Part shown: one piece after another, positions 49,359 to 57,679 of the stretch
Layout of the letters: each line of letters opens with the position of its first letter
Position numbering within the stretch: position 1 is the first letter of the stretch
Virus record (IMG/VR): IMGVR_UViG_3300020185_000041
Coordinates: 4,876 to 68,875 of that record
DNA length: 64,000 nt
Direction: 5' to 3' (one strand)
From: a virus
Notes under the pieces: model-generated
Seen by the model: only the letters and a program-made list of their open reading frames with translations
Databases searched by the model: none
What the model was told of the DNA's origin: nothing
Made by a program: the position numbers and the translations under genes

Positions 49359-49617
49359 GACGAATGGTTGTTCGTAATTCTTTATAGATATCATCTGCGG
49401 CATCCTCCAAGGGTTGAATATAATCAAGGCAGGATACGACCAATCGAATCTGCTCGTCGTTTAAACCATCCATATTTCCGGTCTCTGCAGCCGAGTGAAG
49501 CATCGTACCTTCCTCAGCAAATATGTTGGTCTCATTACTGCTTCTATAGCTAGGGCAGATCTCTACATATTTTAATGTGCTCGGCCCGAGCTCATGATGT
49601 TCTTCAGGACTGCTCAC
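49345..49617 (-). CDS. Cas4-like/DUF2800 exonuclease, N-terminal part
   Basis: HHELGPS......CP.......AEEGTMLH..AE; GTG start. Confidence 0.8.
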   Translation of the reverse strand: MSSPEEHHELGPSTLKYVEICPSYRSSNETNIFAEEGTMLHSAAETGNMDGLNDEQIRLVVSCLDYIQPLEDAADDIYKELRTTIRHGGE

Positions 49618-49795
49618 TATTAAATACCTCCGATATTGCCCAGTCATTGGGGATTATTTCTTGGTCGACAGTCACAGGATGAAAGCCGGCGGCCACAAGC
49701 AAACCTTTCACAGCAATTAAGACCTGATCAAGGGCACAGTCGTCTGCGATATCCGCACTAAATTCAGCACCTAGATTCTCAATTGTTATCTTCAT
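49604..49795 (-). CDS. Hypothetical protein
   Basis: MKITIEN...KGLLVAAGFHPVTV; start reassigned to ATG 49795. Confidence 0.6.
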   Translation of the reverse strand: MKITIENLGAEFSADIADDCALDQVLIAVKGLLVAAGFHPVTVDQEIIPNDWAISEVFNSEQS

Positions 49796-50045
49796 CGCTC
49801 GCCTCCTCCTTATCTCCGTACTTCTCAACAAACTCCTCAAGCCCACGACGAATAGCGATCTCAGCATATTCATCATCGGTAGCAATCTCTTTACCCCATG
49901 ATACGAGCATGGCCTTGGTATCATCCTCCATTTCAAGGTCCATATGGGTGTACATTTCATCCCAAGTCTTACCAATTCGAATGACCGGAAGATCGCCCTT
50001 CATGATCTCTGATAACTCCGCCTTTTTTTCCGCATCCATAGTCAT
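49779..50045 (-). CDS. Hypothetical protein (paralogue of 53496..53750)
   Basis: Shared HxxLExxDD...L..xG.E...IR.GL.E pattern. Confidence 0.65.
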   Translation of the reverse strand: MTMDAEKKAELSEIMKGDLPVIRIGKTWDEMYTHMDLEMEDDTKAMLVSWGKEIATDDEYAEIAIRRGLEEFVEKYGDKEEASDEDNN

Positions 50046-50384
50046 CTATTTAGCCTCCCCGTCTTTGTCGCGTTTACTATCTATTGCTTTAGCCAGCATT
50101 AAAAGCATGCCGTGGATCTGTTTAACCTCTTGCTGCAAATGCATGATTTGAAGTTCTTGAAAAGCAGTATAAGTAACCGCGCTATCTCGCTCGGGTTTAA
50201 TCTTTTCTTCGTGCTCGGTCATCTCATTGATGCGAGTCCGTAGCTCTTCAAGCTGCTCCTTGTGCTCGTCAGGTAATTCGCTCAGGGTATCTATTACCCG
50301 GTTCTTACTCTCGACTAATAATTCATCCAAGCCAACTTCTTCAGGCTCTTCAGATGGTTCAAAAAAATCTGGATTAAATCTCAT
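50046..50384 (-). CDS. Hypothetical coiled-coil protein
   Basis: Start reassigned to ATG 50384, which follows a CACACACCAT motif. Confidence 0.65.
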   Translation of the reverse strand: MRFNPDFFEPSEEPEEVGLDELLVESKNRVIDTLSELPDEHKEQLEELRTRINEMTEHEEKIKPERDSAVTYTAFQELQIMHLQQEVKQIHGMLLMLAKAIDSKRDKDGEAK

Positions 50385-50574
50385 AATGGTGTGTGGGTTT
50401 TTAGGTTTTGCCCAGTTGCAGCCGGGCGATTTGTTAAGTGTTATACATATGCAGAACAAATGCAATTATAAAAATGGTCTTTCTAAAGGTTTTTCTTCTT
50501 TGGCCAAAAGTCGACGGCTGAAGGTTAAAAGTTTTTTAATTAGGTGGTATATTTTATATTTCATAATTTAATAA

Positions 50575-50650
50575 TGGAGCTCCCAATCAGATTCGAACTG
50601 ATGACCCCATCCTTACCATGGATGTGCTCTACCAACTGAGCTATGGGAGC
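50575..50650 (-). tRNA. tRNA-Thr(GGT)
   Basis: GCTCCCATAGCTCAGTTGGTAGAGCACATCC-ATGGTAA-GGATG...GTTCGAATC...GGGAGCTCCA; full cloverleaf with encoded CCA. Confidence 0.95.
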
Positions 50651-50661
50651 GAATTTAAATT

Positions 50662-50737
50662 TGGTGGAGCCAGACGGGATCGAACCGACGACCTCCTGAA
50701 TGCAAATCAGGCGCTCTTCCAACTGAGCTATGGCCCC
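50662..50737 (-). tRNA. tRNA-Ala(TGC)
   Basis: GGGGCCATAGCTCAGTTGGAAGAGCGCCTGA-TTTGCAT-TCAGG...GTTCGATCC...GGCTCCACCA. Confidence 0.95.
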
Positions 50738-50772
50738 AAGGTGTTTCATGATATCAGAAGTGCAGCAAAGTG

Positions 50773-52089
50773 CTATAGGATCGGGTTGAGCTCATCATCA
50801 TTAATGAGATCTAAATTATCGAGCTTACGCTTAACCAATTTGCAGACGCGCATCTCAACTGTTCCTTCCGCAAACACAATCTTTTGAACAGCAGGACTCT
50901 TAGCTCCGGCTCGATGAATCCGTCCAAGAGTCTGTTTGAAATCAATCGCAGAAAAGGTAGGGGATATCAAAGATACCCGAGGATGATTGCCATTTATATC
51001 GTGCAAAGAAACGCCAGTTCCTCCCGCTTGAATTGTACATATCATGATTCGGGCAGCATCATTTTGAAATCCTAAGCATTGAAGCTCACGCTCAGTCTCT
51101 GTCTGTCCGCCATGAATCATTCGAATTTCACACAGACCAGCAAGCCGACGAAGCAAAACTTCCATGGTCTCACGAAAATTTACAAAGATTGCTACGCTAT
51201 TTCCAGACTCATACGCATCCCGGGCAAGCTCTTCAAATAATGGAACCTTTAACAATTCAATTTCCTGACGAGCACGAAGCTGAGCAACCAATGGATTATC
51301 AGTATCAGTATATTTCTTACCTTCGAGCGCAGTTAATTCAGCCTTCAAATCACTATAGATCAAATCAATGTCAGAACGGCCGGAAATATCATATCCCTGG
51401 GCAATGATATTAGAATTAGGAAAGGCACCGGGGGGCAGGTCTGCAATTTTGATCCTGCTCCCCCGAGCACCATTCTTATATATATGATCATGTAAGCGTT
51501 TGAGAACTGCTTTGGATCCTTTGAACTCAAGGCCTCCAAACAATCCACGCTTACAACCATTTTTAAGCGACCAACGCCACCAACCCTTATCATCATGCAG
51601 ATCGAGAACATAACCCAGTGCTCTCATCTCTGTAGGATTGGTACAACTAGTCGCACCTAGACAAAGTATATTTAAGCCAGCACGCTTTGCCGCTATCATC
51701 ATCTTTGCATTCTTGGATTTATTCCCTTTGCATCGATGGTCCTCATCAAATATGACCAAGGCCTTCTTGGGATTAAGAAGCCATTTAGACCCGTCATAAA
51801 ACTCGGTACTTCCACGAATCATTTTCTCGTAGGTATAGGCATGCTGATCAGTAGGCTCATAGCCATAGCTAAGCATCGTATCTTTCCAGCTCGGGACAAC
51901 GGACTTAGGACAAAGGACGAAGGGCACAAGCCCCATCTTCTTAGCCAAATAAAGCGCGACAAAGGTCTTACCGGTTCCGGTATCAGATCCATCCTTAGCA
52001 TAGCCATGATTAAGCAGCGAAGTCATTAAGACTTTCGCATGAAAAATCTGCCAATCAAATAGAGTCGGGGTAGTAGACTGTTGGGTCAT
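50773..52089 (-). CDS. SNF2-like superfamily 2 helicase
   Basis: DTGTGKT, FDEDH, GAT, AGGTGVSL, QTLGRIHRAG. Confidence 0.9.
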   Translation of the reverse strand: MTQQSTTPTLFDWQIFHAKVLMTSLLNHGYAKDGSDTGTGKTFVALYLAKKMGLVPFVLCPKSVVPSWKDTMLSYGYEPTDQHAYTYEKMIRGSTEFYDGSKWLLNPKKALVIFDEDHRCKGNKSKNAKMMIAAKRAGLNILCLGATSCTNPTEMRALGYVLDLHDDKGWWRWSLKNGCKRGLFGGLEFKGSKAVLKRLHDHIYKNGARGSRIKIADLPPGAFPNSNIIAQGYDISGRSDIDLIYSDLKAELTALEGKKYTDTDNPLVAQLRARQEIELLKVPLFEELARDAYESGNSVAIFVNFRETMEVLLRRLAGLCEIRMIHGGQTETERELQCLGFQNDAARIMICTIQAGGTGVSLHDINGNHPRVSLISPTFSAIDFKQTLGRIHRAGAKSPAVQKIVFAEGTVEMRVCKLVKRKLDNLDLINDDELNPIL

Positions 52090-52400
52090 CGCCTTTATGT
52101 TCTGTTAATCCGTTTATCCAATCCGACTCCTCTAAATCCTCGCGCATATTAATGCTTCGAATAAGCCGCCATAATTTACGAAGCGCAGCCTCTTCAATCT
52201 GACGAACACGCTCACGGGTAACTCCCATGACGGTGCCAATCTCTTCAAGAGTATAGCTGCGATTCTCATTAGGTTCGTACAAGCTTTCACTACCATCTTT
52301 CTCAAGCAGTGTACGCTCACGAAGCATGAACTCGCGCAATCGCTGATCAGCATCGGTAGCATCGAAATCAAATTGAGATTCAATACGAGCACGCAATTCA
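52055..52400 (-). CDS. Sigma-70 region 4 domain protein (start uncertain)
   Basis: YTLEEIGTVMGVTRERVRQIEEAALRKL. Confidence 0.8.
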
Positions 52401-52409
52401 TCCTGAGAT

Positions 52410-52622
52410 TTAGGCTGCGGCTTGGGCTTGGGTTTTTTGGTACGCTTTGCGGAGCCTTTGGACTTCTTGCATGATGATTTTGAATTCTTCCGCCGGTATT
52501 TCTTTCGTAGTAAACCGGCATCCGCAAGAAGGGCATGAACGACGTCGTCGGGTATACCGCTTATTGGCTGGCCGACGGGTTTCTTTGGTGTATGTATCTG
52601 TTCCACACTTAGGACAATTCAT
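52410..52622 (-). CDS. NrdR-N-terminal-like zinc ribbon protein
   Basis: MNCPKCG.....ETR.......RRRRSCPSCGCRFTTKE. Confidence 0.85.
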   Translation of the reverse strand: MNCPKCGTDTYTKETRRPANKRYTRRRRSCPSCGCRFTTKEIPAEEFKIIMQEVQRLRKAYQKTQAQAAA

Positions 52623-52625
52623 TGG

Positions 52626-52859
52626 TTATACCGTACGCTCTTGAAAGCGTGTGCTCCCTTTACGAATCTCGCTACGAATGTAATCGAGATCAGCAGGACG
52701 AGAAGATACAAGCGCCCGGTCAGCATCGACATAAAGCGCGCTCCCCGAGGTTGCCTTTTTTAATCGAGTCTCGAACGCATTCATGCGATCAAGAAGCCCT
52801 TCCACTACAACCTCTAGTTGTTCCATTTTATTTTCTAATATTTCCGCCGACATTTTCAT
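52626..52859 (-). CDS. Hypothetical protein
   Basis: 77-aa ORF in the operon. Confidence 0.6.
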   Translation of the reverse strand: MKMSAEILENKMEQLEVVVEGLLDRMNAFETRLKKATSGSALYVDADRALVSSRPADLDYIRSEIRKGSTRFQERTV

Positions 52860-52868
52860 TTTATATTT

Positions 52869-53054
52869 CTATTTGTAATTTTTTTGGTGATTGAAATCTA
52901 TGCAGGGCGCACGATCATTATCGATGATCCGTGCCATCTGCTTATAAACTTCGGATACATGCTCCGGGCCTTTGGCCGATAGCTCGTCAAGCCAACGCTC
53001 CAAGCGCATGAGAATAAGGTTATATTCCCGATCGGTATAAAGATCCTCGCTCAT
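52869..53054 (-). CDS. Hypothetical protein
   Basis: 61-aa ORF, ATGA coupled. Confidence 0.55.
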   Translation of the reverse strand: MSEDLYTDREYNLILMRLERWLDELSAKGPEHVSEVYKQMARIIDNDRAPCIDFNHQKNYK

Positions 53055-53296
53055 GCCGCATCGATGAGATTCATGACCTCATCATAGGATTCTAAAACAT
53101 TGACCATCTCAGGGCGGACAACCTTAGCAGTATCAAGCATGGCTACAGGCATGCCCGAAAATATTATTGTACTCTTTACTCCAGCCCGATTCTTATCCTC
53201 CGGGATATTGACCGGCAGGACCATGGCAATATGCCTCGGGTTGACAGCCAAAGGTCGTTGGCTGGAGTTCGTAAGCTTTATGAATTTTTCTGTCAT
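53051..53296 (-). CDS. Hypothetical protein (FlbD-like small beta fold)
   Basis: FIKLT.....L.VNPRHI..V.......ST.I......V.ESY.EV...I pattern. Confidence 0.65.
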   Translation of the reverse strand: MTEKFIKLTNSSQRPLAVNPRHIAMVLPVNIPEDKNRAGVKSTIIFSGMPVAMLDTAKVVRPEMVNVLESYDEVMNLIDAA

Positions 53297-53495
53297 ATGG
53301 TGTGTGGGTTATTGATTTTAAGATCCCCGGTTGCAGCCGGGGCATGCCTCATGCATGTTCCACCAATGTATACACAATGTTATACACCAGTCAAACAGTT
53401 ATTCAAAAAAATGTTAGTGCTCCCTCATTGATACACAAATAAGTTTATCAATCATTTTTCTAACCTTTGAGGCGCAAAGGGCCGAAGCCCTTTAT

Positions 53496-53750
53496 CTAAG
53501 CGGAATCCCGACGAGCAATTCGTTCAATCAATCCGGCACGGATGCCCGAGGATAATAAATCAACCTCAGAAAATACCTCGCTGCCGTACTTAATAAGCTG
53601 CCCAGCAAGATCATCATCAATCTCCAATTCCAAATGATATGGACGAGGAGCCCCATCCTCATGATCAATCCGGATGACATCAATTGATCCAACAATCTCA
53701 TGCCCGGTACGCCCATCTATTCTAGACTCTTCTACTATATTATCGTTCAT
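53496..53750 (-). CDS. Hypothetical protein (paralogue of 49779..50045)
   Basis: Shared motif with 49779..50045. Confidence 0.6.
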   Translation of the reverse strand: MNDNIVEESRIDGRTGHEIVGSIDVIRIDHEDGAPRPYHLELEIDDDLAGQLIKYGSEVFSEVDLLSSGIRAGLIERIARRDSA

Positions 53751-53949
53751 AATTTAAAAATACATAGATCGGCGTGTCCTCCCCGACATAAGCCCCATCT
53801 ATATTATACCAAAAATAATCCACCGCATCCTCATGCGTCATATCATCGCGAACAACCAAGGTCTCTATCATAGCATCCGCATCATAGATCGCTCGGTCCT
53901 TCGAATCCTTGCCAATTAGGCAGCTATCAAATCCATCAGCGGTAATCAT
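53740..53949 (-). CDS. Conserved phage hypothetical protein
   Basis: ADGFD...IG.....IYD...M...L...DM..EDA.DYF.YNI.GAYVG..TP. Confidence 0.75.
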   Translation of the reverse strand: MITADGFDSCLIGKDSKDRAIYDADAMIETLVVRDDMTHEDAVDYFWYNIDGAYVGEDTPIYVFLNYER

Positions 53950-54006
53950 AAAATATCAGCTAGAAACATGGAGACTATTAATACGCAAAATAGAACTGCC
54001 CAGAGC

Positions 54007-54465
54007 TCAAGCATCGCGATTCAATTTCCAATCCATGATCATTACAGCATCCGCATTGGCGTTAGTAATTTTAAGACCGGGATATAATCGCGCAGCATTA
54101 TCTTTAATCGTACGCTTGCGATCAGTATATCCCATCTTAGGCTTCAACCCCCGCAAGCCTTTCTGCCATTCCCGAGGCTTAACTAATTCGACCGGAAAGC
54201 GACGAGCCCGCAATGCTCCAACCAAGAATCCAAAATTATACCCAAGCTTAAATGAACTAGCATTACTAGTCATAGAGGAAACATAGGCCGGTACGTCTTC
54301 GACAATCGCAGTATATCCAGCGGGATTTATAGGATCCAAAAATTCTAAGAACTCAGTCTCAGTCCTCCAGGCATATACAGACATATCATCGCTGTTAGGC
54401 GCAAGCCATGCCCATCCACCGGATACGCCTGGGTCAAAGGCCAACAGCCCTCGGCCGGAGGTCAT
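54007..54465 (-). CDS. RuvC-like Holliday junction resolvase
   Basis: AFDPGVSGG, IVEDV, FKLG.NFG, VKP.EWQK, ADA. Confidence 0.88.
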   Translation of the reverse strand: MTSGRGLLAFDPGVSGGWAWLAPNSDDMSVYAWRTETEFLEFLDPINPAGYTAIVEDVPAYVSSMTSNASSFKLGYNFGFLVGALRARRFPVELVKPREWQKGLRGLKPKMGYTDRKRTIKDNAARLYPGLKITNANADAVMIMDWKLNRDA

Positions 54466-54599
54466 TGGTCGCGGAGGTATAAGGTCACTGCCTTGCGCAC
54501 AAGTTGACTAGGTGTAGTAACCTCAACTTCTGCCTGCTTCTTCAACGCTTCCACTAAGGAGGATTCAACCCGTATATTTAACTGCGTATCTTTCGACAT
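54462..54599 (-). CDS. RHH (CopG/Arc-like) regulator, 45 aa (not in ORF track)
   Basis: MSKDTQLNIRVESSLVEALKKQAEVEVTTPSQLVRKAV. Confidence 0.8.
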   Translation of the reverse strand: MSKDTQLNIRVESSLVEALKKQAEVEVTTPSQLVRKAVTLYLRDQ

Positions 54600-54755
54600 T
54601 CAACTGTTATACATTACATAGTCATTGTTATGCAACTGGTTGGAATTGCACTATTCAACGGGGATGCACTAGGTGTAGTACAAAAAGTCAATAAATATTT
54701 TGCAAAGCACTACATTTTGTGTATACATTGTTATACACCACACACCCTAATCCCT

Positions 54756-55037
54756 ATGAAAAATACAAAAAAAAGTAAAAAACCCCCCTCAAAATCGCTC
54801 GGTCTAGACCGGGAGCATAAAGACATAACCTGTGCCGTAAGACTTCCAAGGTCGATGTACGAGGCCTTAGGTCAATGCGCGAAGGTCGAAAATACTTCGC
54901 TCTCGGACGTAATTCGCGAGGCTCTGGTCGAAAAAATGAGCCAAGTCGAAGAGAAGGAAAGACAGCGTGTTTTAAAAGAGGCTGAATACGAGGCGCGACT
55001 CCGTGAGCTTGGTGTTGACCCTCGGAAGACAGCCTGA
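54756..55037 (+). CDS. RHH (CopG-like) regulator
   Basis: TCAVRLPRSMYEAL...AKVENTSLSDVIREAL; start moved to ATG 54756. Confidence 0.8.
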   Translation: MKNTKKSKKPPSKSLGLDREHKDITCAVRLPRSMYEALGQCAKVENTSLSDVIREALVEKMSQVEEKERQRVLKEAEYEARLRELGVDPRKTA

Positions 55038-55129
55038 GGCCTTTTAGGCCCCTTCCTGCGCCTCGAACCGGTGTTCCCGTCGATATGTGGACAGGTACAG
55101 GTTCGAAAGTCTCAGGTCGGAGGTCGGAG

Positions 55130-55425
55130 GTATCAAATATGGTTCCTACTCGAACCTCGAAAGTAAAAGCATTTTCATAAGTCGTTGATAATCAACATAG
55201 CTACAAATGCAATATGGTTTTATGGTTTTATATTTAATATTCTATAGAAAGTATATATTATATATAGGGGATGGAGGATACCCTCCCCGGTGGGGCTCCC
55301 CCAGGTCACAGGGTAAAACATAAACCATAAACCATAAAACCATATTTCTTTCGTAAGTACTTGAATATCAAGCACTCGTAAATATGGTTTCACTTTTTTG
55401 AGGCGGTTTGATACCATATTTGGGC
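55130..55425. other. Putative replication origin
   Basis: Non-coding; inverted arrays of ATGGTTT / AAACCAT around an AT-rich core; IHF-type site at 55178-55190. Confidence 0.55.
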
Positions 55426-55609
55426 AAAATAGAACCCTAAGCTGGTATATTTACTTAAACCAACTAAGTTTGGATTTAGCGACCATTATGAGTGTGGTCG
55501 GCCAATCGATATGTGGTAATTTTGAGTAAACTACCAAAACATAGCCGTTATCGTGATCCGCAAACACATGAGTATGAGTTGCGAACTCCGGCTTTTGACC
55601 TAAGTCCAC

Positions 55610-55873
55610 TTACTTGCGTTTTTTAGGAGCAGCCTTTTTCTTTGGTCTGGAAAAGCTTCTATTTTTGCTTTTTGAAACGACTCTTAGATTCTTTGATCTA
55701 TTGTCTGCGGTGTTTCGATTCTTATGATCGACATCTTTGCCGTCACCTTTTCGAGCACGCCCAGCTTTTACCATTTTTGACCTCGCACTATTTCGCTGAG
55801 CCCTTCGCTTCTTTTGCTTTGGTTTAGCGTGGTACGTTTTGTACTCTTTCTTATAGTTCCGTGGTGCTGGCAT
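55610..55873 (-). CDS. Small HNH endonuclease-like protein
   Basis: RNYKKEY...KGDGKDVDHK...N...NLRV......NR. Confidence 0.8.
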   Translation of the reverse strand: MPAPRNYKKEYKTYHAKPKQKKRRAQRNSARSKMVKAGRARKGDGKDVDHKNRNTADNRSKNLRVVSKSKNRSFSRPKKKAAPKKRK

Positions 55874-55993
55874 GTTATACATATTCGAGCAATGTTCTAC
55901 TAGTATCAATCGAATGTGCGCCGAGTGTATAACATCGTTGAATTGCTTGTTAACACTTGCAACTACTAAACTTTAACTCATTTCCTTTGACCT

Positions 55994-56212
55994 ATGAAAA
56001 AGAAACCATCGACTTCGGATGTTATCCGGGTCTCCGTAACAATGGAGAGAGAGTTAAAGCAGAAATACGCCCGGCTTGCTGTTGAACTCGACCTTTCATT
56101 CTCTCAATTAGTGCGTTACTCCCTTCGCCGTGTTGCCGATGGCTTTGAGGATTTCAATAGCATTGAAAAGCGTAACAGAAATCAAGCTGATGGACATGAT
56201 ATGTCCACCTAA
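55994..56212 (+). CDS. RHH regulator
   Basis: IRVSVTMERELKQK...LA.ELDLSFSQLVRYSL. Confidence 0.75.
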   Translation: MKKKPSTSDVIRVSVTMERELKQKYARLAVELDLSFSQLVRYSLRRVADGFEDFNSIEKRNRNQADGHDMST

Positions 56213-56591
56213 CATGATATAAAAAGATGGGGCCAAGCCTGCAAGCTTGACCCCGTGCATCAGTCTAACCACACACCATATGTTGCTATCAGATACAACC
56301 CCCGAAATAGTTTGTAAAATACCCCCCGTCAACCGCATTCGATCGGCTAGCAACTATCATACATTTGCTGGGGGTCACTGCCATTGGCTAGCAACTATCA
56401 TGCATTTGCATGGTATTGTCCAAATATACAGCTCTCAGTAAGCCAACCTACCATTACAATATGTGATCTGTATGCTGTGTGGGTGCTGGGTTGTTGCTTG
56501 GGTTTGGTATGCTGCGTTCGTTGCCGTGTTGCTAGATTTCATATTGTGAAGTTCGAGGCATTGGGTCTCGGGCAAGTAACCAAATGTAACC

Positions 56592-57452
56592 ATGAAAATG
56601 TGTAAAAATAAAATGCAAAGCCTACAAACAAGTAGACCAAAAGGTACCTTCAAAATTCGTGACACACATCCCACAGATCCAAACTACATCTTTATAGCTT
56701 GGAGAGCAGACCGTAGATATAACGAATACTGGAGACTAAAAAGTAACAACCACCTAACCAAAATAAGCGATCGTTACAAAAACAGAATTCTTCAAACAAG
56801 TACACAAACAAATAAACCTATAGGTACTTTCAAACGCAAAGACCCTCATCCAACTGTACCAAATCTTTTCTTCCAATCATGGAACCACAAAAAAAATCAA
56901 GAACGCTGGGCTACACAAAAAACATTAGATCACGAAGATCAAAGAAAATCTAATTGGGTACAAAAAATTGGAAAAGAAAAGAAAAAAGAAAAATATGCAA
57001 ACGACCCAAAATACAAAGAACATATTAAAGAAGTTAGTAGAAGAAACAAAGCTAAACCAAAAAACAGAGCCCAAGCTAACAAAACAGAAAAAAAGCGTAG
57101 ACTTAGACTTGGTAAAAAACATCTCCAAGCCGTTCAAAAAAGAGCAATGGCTAAAAATCCAGAACACTACCAAGAAATGGCTAGGATCAATTCTCTTAAA
57201 TATAACTACAGAAGAGGGGTTAATAATCGTATATTAACTAAAAATCAAAAAAAAGAAATGCGTGTAGTATATACTCAAGCAAGACGCATATCTAAATGCT
57301 TACAAATACCGTTCGATGTAGATCACATAATACCACTAAGTAAAAGCGGTCTTCACGAACCTACTAATATCCAACCAGTACCGTCTTCATGGAACAGATC
57401 TAAACAAAACAAACACTGCGAACCTTGGACTGCCTGGCAACAAGCCGCATAA
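56592..57452 (+). CDS. HNH homing-type endonuclease with duplicated N-terminal motif
   Basis: GTFK.(R/K)D.HPT.PN x2; VDHIIPLSKSGLHEPTNIQ...WNRSK. Confidence 0.85.
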   Translation: MKMCKNKMQSLQTSRPKGTFKIRDTHPTDPNYIFIAWRADRRYNEYWRLKSNNHLTKISDRYKNRILQTSTQTNKPIGTFKRKDPHPTVPNLFFQSWNHKKNQERWATQKTLDHEDQRKSNWVQKIGKEKKKEKYANDPKYKEHIKEVSRRNKAKPKNRAQANKTEKKRRLRLGKKHLQAVQKRAMAKNPEHYQEMARINSLKYNYRRGVNNRILTKNQKKEMRVVYTQARRISKCLQIPFDVDHIIPLSKSGLHEPTNIQPVPSSWNRSKQNKHCEPWTAWQQAA

Positions 57453-57468
57453 CCAACCACACACCATA

Positions 57469-57531
57469 ATGACATACGACATATTGATACTGATCATACC
57501 GTGGGCCTTCGCTCTCTACATCATTAACTAA
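57469..57531 (+). CDS. 20-aa hydrophobic micro-protein
   Basis: MTYDILILIIPWAFALYIIN, preceded by CACACACCAT. Confidence 0.5.
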   Translation: MTYDILILIIPWAFALYIIN

Positions 57532-57543
57532 CCACACACCATC

Positions 57544-57663
57544 ATGAAAGAACTACTAGAAGAACTACAAACACTTCAAGCCCGCCTCAAAAATGCAGGT
57601 GGAGGCAAGATCACTATCACATCAACCAACTTCGACATCAGGCTAGGACCTGAACATGAATAA
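57544..57663 (+). CDS. 39-aa early protein
   Basis: Preceded by CACACACCAT. Confidence 0.55.
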   Translation: MKELLEELQTLQARLKNAGGGKITITSTNFDIRLGPEHE

Positions 57664-57679
57664 CTAACCGCACACCAAA

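Noticed and set aside
50561-50887. ORFs 50561..50749 and 50618..50887
   Set aside because: They overlap the two tRNA genes
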